17,145 nucleotides of DNA from Vitrella brassicaformis CCMP3155. Its lineage: Eukaryota; Protista; Chromerida. Each line of letters starts with the position of its first letter. The first letter of the stretch is position 1. Both the position numbers and the translations under genes were made by a program. Location of the stretch: the NCBI GenBank assembly GCA_001179505.1, contig CDMY01000824.1, positions 1 through 17,145 on the forward strand, given 5' to 3'. Below, piece after piece: positions 1-9,381 of this stretch. The notes under the pieces were generated by a model, which saw only the letters and a list, made by a program, of their open reading frames with translations, was not told where the DNA came from and made no database searches.

Positions 1-3
1 TAG

Positions 4-787
4 GCCATGACGATCTGCCGGTGCACGGAGGTGCTGGCCGTGGACCCCCACCTGGTCAAGGCCCTCTACCGCCGGGCGCGGGCCCATCTGGAGTGCAAGG
101 ACTTCGGTGAGGCCAAGAGGGACGTCATCAGGGCACTAGACATCGCACCCAACGACACAGAACTCAGGTGGGTGTCTGCAGAAGGAGAGGCAGACATAGA
201 GGGGACGAAGGGGGCCAACGGAAGGCGATTTCATGGTCTGTCTCTCTGCTTGTGTTGTCTGATGCAGTAAGCTGCTGCGTGAGATCAAGAAGATCCAGGC
301 GGACGAGGAGGCCAAGGAGAGACGCAAACTCAAGTGTGTAAGCAAACCACATATTCATCACACCCACCCCTCTCTTGTCCATTTCGCTCTCTCCCCATTG
401 ATGCAGGGCGTTCTTCGAGGCTGAGGCCAAGCGAACTCAAGTGTGTAAGCAAACCACATATTCATCACACCCACCCCTCTCTTGTCCATTTCGCTCTCTC
501 CCCATTGATGCAGGGCGTTCTTCGAGGCTGAGGCCAAGCGATCGGACCCCTCAGAAGCTGCCGCCGCCCCAGCGCCCCCCAGTGTGCAGCATCACGACGA
601 CGACGATGGCGGGCCGCTGGTGGATCCCACCAACACAGGCAAGAGGGGTGCGGGCGAGCGGGGTGTGTCTCGTGTCCAGCCGGATATGTGTGTGCCTCCT
701 CTGTGTGGGTCTGCAGATGTGAATGGCGAGTTGGAGGACGAGTGGGACGATAGCCGGCCAGTAGCAGCACCAGCGGATGACGGCTGA
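4..787 (+). CDS. TPR-repeat co-chaperone-like protein (FKBP/Cyp40/TTC9-type TPR), 3' part, 5'-partial
   Basis: Positions 1-3 (TAG) are a stop in this frame, so they are read as a splice acceptor. Exons 4-167, 268-333, 514-638 (or 514-647) and 717-787; phases 2, 2, 1 all close. Spliced product: AMTICRCTEVLAVDPHLVKALYRRARAHLECKDFGEAKRDVIRALDIAPNDTELSKLLREIKKIQADEEAKERRKLKAFFEAEAKRSDPSEAAAAP...DVNGELEDEWDDSRPVAAPADDG*. VKALYRRARA...AL.I.PND followed by an amphipathic capping helix is typical of the last TPR of Hsp90-binding immunophilin-type TPR domains (established knowledge). The duplicated exon piece 407-440 must be skipped to keep this frame. Confidence 0.8.
327..540 (+). repeat. Exact 107-bp tandem duplication (327-433 / 434-540) of a whole 73-nt intron plus 34 nt of exon flank
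   Basis: Read directly: aactcaagtgtgtaagc...gatgcagggcgttcttcgaggctgaggccaagcg occurs twice back-to-back. The ORF track shows the same peptide MCKQTTYSSHPPLSC starting at 334 and 441 (offset 107). Confidence 0.95.
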
Positions 788-1833
788 AGGTGAGAGTGGC
801 GAGGGGTCAAGTTAGACCGGCTGCTTCAGATTCATTGTGCGGGTCATCGGTCGATGGATGGATGGATGTGTGTATGGCTGTGCATTAATGTGTCAGGTGG
901 GGGTGGAGGAGGACGGCCACGACGAAGTGGCGGAGGAGAGGTAGATAGATAGCGCAGCGCTGCCACGGTGCATCTGCGGGACACACAGACGTAGCCCTAC
1001 CGACCGAACTCATCAATCCATACACATGTATGTGCACGATGGACAGCGGTGCTTGCATGTGCTGTATGTGTGGCTCGTGTGCGTGCGTGTCGTCGATTCG
1101 AATTCATACTCATGCGAAATGCGTCCCCCCGCCCCACACCACACCACACACATCACATCACATCACACCACACTACACCCCACACGGCCCTTACGAATGC
1201 AGTCATTCCCTCAACACGCGTCTCAACCCAGAAAAGAGCAACACATCTCCCAAGTATGCTTGCGCATCTGATCCGTCTGGGTCTTGACACATGAGACATG
1301 ATGGCATTGCGAGTGAATGCAAGCGCTGCGTGACACACCGCTCGCCGTTATCGCTCGTGCTGCGCCGGCTGTACACGTGTATGTGTGTGGTGTGTGCATT
1401 GTGGAGGTTTGCGAGGGCGTCTATGGCGGCATGTGTGGCGTGTGAGGGCGGGAGAGGGACTATATATAGCTGGTGGATGCATCGACGGATGAATGGACAC
1501 ACGTCGATGGACGCTTCATATGGAGTACAGACCGACCGACCAGCGAATGAATCGATCAACGGCCAACAGATAACTGTACACAGCCTTCATTGACCCCACA
1601 CATACACACGCATGGGCGTATGAAATGGGTAAAGTCCGATCGACACGCACGCAGCACAGCCAACGTGTAGATAAGACAGATATACAGACACACACATGCA
1701 TTCGCAGACATACACGTACACAGACGTCTAGCCATCACCGGCTGCGCCACATATCTGACTGACTGACACCATCAATCGCCTGGCCCGCGAGGCCCTCCTC
1801 TGTCCACCCCCTTAGCTCTCTGTCCCTCCCTCA

Positions 1834-3666
1834 TCACGCCGTCACCGGCACCTCTGCACGCGCATCCACGGACACGGGAGTCTCTTGCTCCCCTCCCGCA
1901 GTGCCATACACAGCACGGACCCTCCGTGAGGCGTCCTCGACCAGCGCATGAATCGTCGACTCAGACACCTGGAAGGACAGCCGGCACACCAAAGCAGCGA
2001 CACATCGACCCTTGTGTGCATTGGGGGGCGTGAGCGTACCCTCCGTCGCTGCAAGAGAGTCTCTCGGGTGGCATTGGTGTATCTCTCCGTGACATCCTCC
2101 ACCCCTCCTCGGCCAAATGCGAACACATACGTGGGACTCTTGCCCCTGCACACACACACAACACACAACATACAGGCATATGCAGAGAGCAGGCAGCGCA
2201 GCCATCATGCGGGCTGGGCTCGCTGTCTTTATTTCTTTCTCCTGTGTGCACTGAACTGACCAGCTCTCGTAGAGGAGAGGCGCGTCAAGCGCAGCCTCAC
2301 ACGGATCAATATGCACCCTGCACACATACAAACACAAACACACACATACAAGGCGACAGGGGAAAGCGACGCCATGAGGTCTGTGTGCCGGTGTTGCAGT
2401 GCCGTCGATTCATTCTCACCATTTATCGAGCAGCAGCATCTCCACCCACACATGGTCGTCCCAGTCGATCACCCACCGACTCGCAAAACCAAGAGATTCG
2501 AGCACGCGATGAAACAACCGAGAGTACTCTCCGCACCTCCCCTGTTTCGACCGCAGAATCTGAGCTGATGCCCGATAGCGCGGAAACCGATACACCCGAC
2601 GACACCCATCTGATGATGAACCAAGTTCGTCAGCTTCCGACTCCTCTCCAGATGTGTCAGTGTCCGTGTCTTTGCGCGCATCGCACAGGTAGATCTCCGT
2701 TATCGAGGCATTCCGCCGCCTCTCAGCTTCATTAGCAAAGGTGGCCCCGATGAAGCGCCCTCTCCTGGGCGAGCCGTCCTGGTTGGTGCACTCGGGGCAG
2801 AACCCGTGATAGTAGGGGAAGGTCTCCCTGAACCACGCCAAGAGCCTTTTGATCTCGTCCTCGATCGCCTCGCTTGACGACCGGTGCTGATGCTGATGCT
2901 GCTGCAGCCGCTCGATGGACTTCCTGTCATAGTCGCGGGTCAGGTGCCGCACAATGTCCTCATTAGTGCACTCCCGCAGCTCGTTCTCAAAGCCACAGAA
3001 CGTTGAAAGGAACGACTCGAACGACCTGTTGAATGTCTGGCGAGAGAAGAGAAAGCTCATCACCTCCGAGTCGCCGATTAGCATTCGGCCGGTCTTCCAC
3101 CAGCCCCTCGCCTGGTCGACGAAACCCTCATCGACCAAATCAACCTCCCTCACAGCAGCAGCAGCAGCAGCAGATGGCGGCAGCAGATGGACCTCTTCAC
3201 CTGCCCGGCCCAGAAAGTCGTCCACAAAAATCTCGAACTTCTCTTGGTCGCTCCCCAAAGCGTAGAAGGTCTGGTTGCTCGGCTCATGGTGCATTGTGTG
3301 CAGCTGCGTCGGGAAAGACGCGGGAGGCTCGTTGGAATAGGCTGCCTTGGCTGCGCGCAGAGATGTCGAAATCGCCGCCTCGGCTCTACCTGGCCGCCTC
3401 CGAGCAATGCGCTCCCATAGCCTTTTTGGCAAACTGCTGCCAAGCCTCCCAAACACAGGCCTCGAGAGAAGCCGAAAAACAGCGTCGGAGGCGATGGGTA
3501 GTGAGGGCTTTAGGAGCATTGCGGCGGCCGGTCTTCGAATCTGCGGGCCTCTGCGAAGCGTTGAGGCATGGGATGGGGTGTAGAGGCCATGAAAGCACCA
3601 CACAGGGCGAATGAAAAGGGGAAGAGCCACGAGGAGCAGGGACGCATTCATCATTGCCAAAAGCAT
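1834..3666 (-). CDS. PNG1: Peptide-N4-(N-acetyl-beta-glucosaminyl)asparagine amidase (peptide:N-glycanase, transglutaminase-like core) with N-terminal signal peptide + transit-peptide-like extension, 514 aa
   Basis: Exons (minus strand) 3666-2420, 2317-2261, 2145-2040, 1968-1834; GT-AG introns of 102, 115 and 71 nt; 1545 nt total. Family motifs in order: LLAWFRETF, CPEC, EIYLC, RFPRY, GRCGEY (catalytic Cys, codon 2535-2533), DHVWVE (His, codon 2454-2452), WVHIDPCE (Asp, formed by splicing), LLYESWGK.PTYVFAFG, VEDVTERYT. No PUB or PAW domain visible. The start could be M1 (3666), M5 (3654) or M6 (3651). Confidence 0.93.
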
Positions 3667-4191
3667 AGTAGAAGCGTCCCTTTGAGCCCTTCAAATGCGC
3701 TGGTTTCTTCTTCCTTTCCTCATCGCATGCGAGCTTGGACCGGCTGATCTGGGCGCTTCTGCCCCGTTTTTGGAGGTCTTCGGAGGCCAGGCGCATCTCC
3801 ATCTTCTTGTTTGTTGCCCTTTGTTGACATCCGCGGGCGCAGAAGCAATGAGTGAATGTGCATGACTAACCAGACAGTGCGCTGCTGCAAGACTGACAGG
3901 CAGAGTAGCCATGAACTTGCATACTGCATGGGTTCCGTTGTGATGATGTGTTCGACCTTGACATCTTGTGCAATGGGTAAATGGGCGGAGACAGATGCAT
4001 GGGTCAGCCAGCTGTTTGGACATGGGCATGAATTCGAATGTACTGACAGCACTCATGCACATTCACGCGTACGAGCCATCTATGGCAACACGAACATCCG
4101 TGTTCACCAAGGACATACAGCCATCATGCAGCTAGTGCATGCGTCCGTTAGAGCTACATTGGTCTCTGCCATTGGCTCGGTGCCGTGGCAT

Positions 4192-5484
4192 CTAGCTGTC
4201 CTCCAGCCTCCTTCTCTTGGCCTCCCTCTCCACACCCTCACCTGACACATTGAGGCACACATCACAGCCATGACATGACGCACACAAGGAGTGCATGTGT
4301 GTCGCTCTGATCTGGCTCCTCCCCTGCCCCCATCTCACCCTCTTCATCCTCCTCCTGCTGGCCATCGCCCTCGCCATTGCCCCCTCCGTCGATGTCGCCA
4401 TCCATATCTGCACACTCAAGACACGCAAACATACAAATGGGCCCAACCACACACACACACACACACACATGTATCCCACTCACCCTCATCGCCATCGTCG
4501 TCATCCGCACCCTCCTCTGCACACCACCACACACACACCGATTCATCCGACCGACAGACCGAGGTGGAGGCGGTCGGCTGCACACTCACCCTCATCGATG
4601 GCTTCCTCCTGTTGGTTGACCACCATATCTGCGATGGTGCTGCCCAGCGGGCCGCCCACCAGAGGGGCGGTGGTAGGCCGGCGATCCTTGAAGGCATCAT
4701 ATGCATCACCCACTGGCGGCTCGGTGGTGACGACACACACACCCACTGCATACAGCGACAGCACACGTCAAAGGACGGCTCCATCACCAAAAGAACTCTT
4801 ATCCGCTCCCTACCTGTGTCCGTGTTGGCGTGGGTGGCGAGAACGACAAATGCGACGAATGGGCTGTCGAACGGCGTCAGCAGCAGATGCCGAATCTCAC
4901 CAGGGGGAACCCTATAGTCCAACCTGCCCGCCATGACGGCGGTGCATCGGTCGGGGGGCTGGTGGGGCGACTGGTTGAGGAGGCCGTCCAGCACACCGCC
5001 GTGAGCATGGCTGAGGAGACCAACACAGAGCAGAGGGAAGAGGCCCTGATGGATGGATGAGTGTCTGCCCGAGTGTCGTGTGTTCTGCATACCGGTCCAC
5101 GTAGGCCCATGGAGTGGTGCCCCTTTTGGCCGCTGGAGGGACCGCCAGAACGACCCCCATGATTTTCGCCGACGCCGAGGCATGAGTGGAGACCTGATTA
5201 CCGGCCGTCCAGCTGCCCCCCTGCCAGCTGATTGTGGATCTGACGGGGGGGTTGTCATTGATGGTGTGTGTGTGGAATGGGTGGGCGGGGGGGAGGGGCG
5301 GGTTGATGTCCAGCTCGAAGCCCGGCTCGTCCTTGATGGCACACACACCGCCGCCCGGCTGGTCGAACAGCTTAAAACGGCTGTAGCCACTACTGCCGCC
5401 GAAGTTGACGTGTCGGCCGACCATCTTCCACAACGCAATCACACGCACATCGGCCAAATACGCCTACACAGACAGACACCACAC

Positions 5485-5516
<32 letters not shown>

Positions 5517-5981
5517 GGCAGACAGACAGACCGATGAGTGCCCCCCCCGCCCCGCCCCGCCCCGCGCTCATCTGCCCACCTGTTTGCTATCGTGACGCTG
5601 CAGGTCGGCCACAGCGACTGTGATGGGCAGCTGACAGAAGCCCCTCTGCCGCGCGAAGCGCAGCGCATTGGCCACCTCGGCCCACTGCTGCGCGTCCACC
5701 AGCCAGATGGCCTTCAACACGAGCTTGGTCTCCAGCTGCAAATCGAATGCGATGATGCCGTCCAGCTGTTTGGCTGCCAGGCAGCGCCCCAGCCGATTGC
5801 GGAGGACGGCGGCCGAGAAGTCTATCTGCGATAGGAAGGCGGCCGTGGATCTGAGTATGCCGATGTCCTCGAGTGTGTGGATGGCATCCCGCCCCAGGCT
5901 GTGGATGAAATCGATTTGCTCTTCGCCTCTGGCCGGCGGGACGGCCTGCCGGCTGCTGGGCACTGTCACCAAATTCCCCAT
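4192..5981 (-). CDS. Hypothetical protein of a lineage-specific family, 425 aa, acidic C-terminal tail
   Basis: Exons (minus strand) 5981-5580, 5463-5093, 5010-4814, 4745-4590, 4516-4484, 4407-4339, 4241-4192. All junctions are GT-AG, phases 0,2,1,1,1,1, total 1278 nt = 426 codons. Start context AAAATG, MGNLVT. The blocks ALWKMVGRHVNFGG, DEPGFELDINPPLPPAHPF, NPPVRSTI, LDGLLNQSPH and VTTEPPVGD...FKDRRPTT resemble, from memory only, a greatly expanded family of unknown function in V. brassicaformis. No known domain recognised. Confidence 0.8.
5485..5531. repeat. (GACA)n tetranucleotide microsatellite in intron 1 of the 4192-5981 gene
   Basis: gacagacagaca... with one GGCA variant unit. Representative of the many intronic simple repeats in this window. 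Confidence 0.9.
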
Positions 5982-6091
5982 TTTCCTCCTTTCCCGCCTT
6001 CAGTGCGAGCTCAAGGGCAATGCTCAAGGGAGAGGAAGCTCTTATTTTCGGGGAGCTTCCTGACTGCAGTGTATTATTGATTGATGCAGTG
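5982..6091. promoter_or_regulatory. Putative compact bidirectional promoter / 5' UTRs between divergent genes
   Basis: Only 110 nt separate ATG 5981 (-) and ATG 6092 (+), or 38 nt if the in-frame ATG at 6020 is used. Contains the inverted repeat AGGAAGCTC (6033-6041) / GAGCTTCCT (6053-6061) and the direct repeat GCTCAAGGG (6009-6017, 6022-6030). Regulatory function is inferred from position. Confidence 0.5.
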
Positions 6092-8624
6092 ATGGATAGC
6101 TCTGCAGTGTTTGACGAGAGTGAGCTGCTGTCGGTGCTAGTGGCCTTGGTGGACAGGTACTCCAAGTGCTGCCAAGAGCCTCACCAGTCGCCCGGCCACA
6201 CACACGGGGCGGCGACGGGCGTGAGCGACGAGGACATCTCTCCGCACCTCGAACAGCAGTGCTGCGACGTATGGGACCTCGCCGCAAGGGAAGATGTGGC
6301 CGTCTTCCTGGCGTCCAAGAAGTGCCTCGAACTCATCTGCCTTGTCGTGCATCGCACAAGAAAGCCGGGGAGGATGACGGTCAGTCTGTTAGAGAGCTGG
6401 CGGAGGAGGGAGGCAGAGGCCTGCATACCTGTGTGTGTGTGTGTGCAGGAGATCTGTATGGGTATAGCGGCGAATCTGTTCACGCATCGGCGTGTTGTGG
6501 ATGAGTTCCTGTCGAACCACTCGTCGGTCAACGAGCTGCTCGAGGTGACCTTCCTACTGCTGCCCAGCGACGACGCACCCACACTCAAGGAGGTCTTCAG
6601 GATGTACACACACCTCCTCATGGTAAGGGAGGGAGGGAGCAGGGCCAGCAGGGGCTTCAAGTGAGCACATCTGATGTCCAGATGCTGTGGTACGTCGGTC
6701 GGTGTGTGCCGATCCAATCCAGGTGCGCAACAGCCGCGATTTCCGCTGGGTGGCCAACCACATAGCGCACGAGGCCGTCATCCACCAGGCCATATTCGTG
6801 CTGCAAAACTCACTCAAGCCGTTCCTCATCGAGCAAGTAGACGAGACTGATGCAACCGACCGCACACACGACACACGACACATGACTGACACACCCCACT
6901 GCACTGCACACTCTGTTGGCCTCCCTGGCTGCCTCTGCAGGTGTGTGATTTCTTCAGCCAGTTGGTGGTCACCCACTTTGAGTTCAGAAGGCTAGCGTCA
7001 CAGCTGGCCGCCGCTGCTGAGGCTGGCGGCCAGCAAGGCAGCTCTGGCGGTGGCAACGGCGATGCGGCCATGGGCGAGGTCGAGGAGGGGGCAGACAAGG
7101 GAGGCGACACCGCCAAGGACTACCCGAACCTATCGGTCAGTGCGTGGGGCATGCGGGGCAGGAGAGGAGCAGAAGGCACGGATTGGTGACGCATCTGTGT
7201 GGTGGCTGTCGTTTCACATGTTCAGCGTTTGCCGTATCATTTGGAGCAGAAGGAGCTGCTCCACGCCTGTGTCACGAGGCTGGAGGACCTGCTCGACAAA
7301 GGACCATCCATGTGAGTGCGAAAGGGCGGCCACACACATCTCATCTCATCGCATCTTATCTCATCTCGACACATGCACCACACACATGTGGATGTCCTGC
7401 ATGGCATGCAGGTCGCTGGAGGAAGAGGGTCCTGCCGAGGGGGACGAAGACGAAGAGCTCGTCGAATACCTCACACGACCCAGGTACGGACGTTGATGCG
7501 ATCCGTGACGTGGTCACGCACAGCACAGCCATGGCGCACAGAAATGGAATGAACGACACATATATGCCTCTCCTCTCCTTTATGTGTATGTTGTGTGTGT
7601 CAGTGAGGTGGCTGTGGCGGCGCTTTTGCGGTGCCTCGATAACTACTTCTGCCTCACCAGGTGTCCCCCAAGAGTGGCAGAGAAGCTCGTCAGGCTGTGC
7701 TACCAGGCATTCATCAGGTACTCGGCCACACACACCCACACCCACCCACACACAGGCCTCTCTGACCATTGTCTTCTCCCATTGACCAGGTCAGGTGCGG
7801 GCAGCAGCGACCTCAAGTTGACCTCCACAGTGCTCCTGCTGACCATATTCGGCGAGTGTGACGACGACGCCATCACTGACGACCAGCAGCAGCAGCAGCA
7901 GGGGGCCAGCAGTGCTGCTAGTGCTGCAGCTGGGGGCGAAGGGAGCATGGCCGACAGTGGCGAGGCCAAGAGGGAGGCGCGCAAGGGCATGATGGACGCG
8001 CAGAAGGCTCTAAGGGAGCTGGTCAGGAAAGGTGAGCAGAGGAGGCCGGCCGCACTTCACACTTTGACTGATCAGCTATCTATCTTTCGTGTGTGTGTTT
8101 GGTGCGGTGCAGCTGGTGAAGAGTTGGTTGAATCGCTGTGTCTGCTGCGGAGCGAGGTCAACGATGCGGATGCCAACCTTGCTCTCTTGAATGTGCTGCA
8201 ACACTGGTGCGCAAGGGAGAGGAGGACGGCACGGCACAGGATCTCTCTCTCCATCACAACTGAATGATGCATGGACGACGTGTGTGTGTATGTGCAGCGA
8301 TCCGTCCCATCTCGAGGACTACCGCGCAGAGATCACTGAGATCTTCAAGCGAATCGAAGAGCCAAAGCCACAGGGGTACCCAGGCAGGCAGGCAGGCAGT
8401 CTCTCACCCATCCTGTTGATGGTGTGTTTGTTTGTGTGTGTGTGTCTCTCAGAGTGTCGGGCCCCGACCACCGAGCAGTGCTGAACCAGGCCTTCATGGA
8501 CAGATATCACGCAGCTGCATCGGGGCAATCTGGGCAAGAGTCGGCGCCTGCTGCAGTGAGGGAGCAGACAGGCGGGGAGAGGTTGGGTGGCCAGGGTGGC
8601 CAGGAGGATGTCCAGATGACCTAG
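6092..8624 (+). CDS. SAAL1: SAAL1-like (serum amyloid A-like 1 family) ARM/HEAT-type protein, 542 aa
   Basis: Exons 6092-6379, 6449-6622, 6723-6836, 6941-7135, 7226-7311, 7412-7483, 7604-7717, 7790-8031, 8113-8206, 8298-8375, 8453-8624. All GT-AG with consistent phases; 1629 nt = 543 codons. CDVWDLAAREDVAVFL, RMT/EICMGIAANL and DDAPTLKEVFR match my recollection of the SAAL1 motifs ICRVWDMSMDEDVALFL, RLREICVGILGNM and SDPPTLLETSR. Gene structure is more certain than the family name. An alternative in-frame ATG lies at 6020. Confidence 0.75.
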
Positions 8625-9032
8625 ATGAGTGGGTGGGCGGGGAGGGACTGGCTGGCTGGTTGTGAAAACGTGTAGACGCGTGCATCCGCGGATGTATGTG
8701 TGACTTTCGGGGCAAAGGAAAGTGTCCACACTGAAACAACCGAGTGTCCAAACCCTTGAACCCATGACGGCCTCAAGTGCAATTTGAAGACGTGTGTGGG
8801 TGCCGTGCCGTCCATCAGCATGCTGACGTGCTTGCCGGTCAACAGCGTCCTTGGATCCCGTCGTTTTTGCTGTTGGCTTAGCTCGCAGATTTGCGTCGAG
8901 AATCGCGTGTTCAGGTCCAAACCCTTACCACTGAAGGTTACTGACCTGCGGTCACAGGTTGGGAAGAAGCAAAAAACCGGAAGAGACTGCCAAGCGAACA
9001 AGAGGAACAGAGGCGATTGAAATCTTCTTAAA

Positions 9033-9340
9033 GTGAGCAAAGGGACTAAGCACACACACGTCACGAGGTCAGGCAGGGCAGATGGTGGCCATCGAATCGA
9101 TGGCTGGGCGGGAGGCAGGGAGCACACACATGGGTCAGCGAGATGAGATGCAGCCAGGGAGATATGCAGGCAGGCAGGCCGGGGACGGGCAGAGATGTGG
9201 CTCGTAGGGCAGTCGGAGAGAGGCTGAGAGGAGGGGAGGGCACACACGAGCTCTGTGACACGAGCTCTGTGCATGACACATGACGAGACCGCCTTTTCAT
9301 GTCTGCCTGTCTGTCTGTCTGTGTGTGCGCCTGTGTGCAG
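9033..9340 (+). other. Probable 5'-UTR intron of the CCCH gene
   Basis: Donor AAA|GTGAGC at 9033; acceptor (GTCT/GT)n...GTGCAG at 9340. The following exon has an in-frame TGA at 9346-9348 before ATG 9382, so this part is non-coding. Confidence 0.5.
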
Positions 9341-9381
9341 CTGTGTGAACGAAACCGAGCGAACGATATCACTCTGATGTG

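Noticed and set aside
3152-3172. (GCA)n runs giving poly-Ala in PNG1; similar (CAG)n poly-Gln at about 7884-7901 in SAAL1
   Set aside because: Short homopolymeric tracts in disordered linkers are routine in this kind of genome.
2420-3666. Unusually long intron-free first exon of PNG1 as a sign of retroposition or recent gene transfer
   Set aside because: The CCCH gene also has a 1048-nt exon, and PNG1 has three ordinary introns downstream.
6682-6689. Possible 8-nt micro-exon (ATGCTGTG) inside SAAL1 intron 2
   Set aside because: The single 100-nt phase-0 intron 6623-6722 already keeps the frame; including the micro-exon would frameshift.
8683-8694. 12-bp palindrome CATCCGCGGATG between SAAL1 and the CCCH gene
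   Set aside because: A single short palindrome in 17 kb of GC-rich DNA is not far from chance, and there is no supporting context.
9244-9271. 14-bp direct tandem repeat ACACGAGCTCTGTG x2 in the 5'-UTR intron
   Set aside because: Ordinary slippage duplication. Two units only, with no spacer structure, so it is not CRISPR-like.
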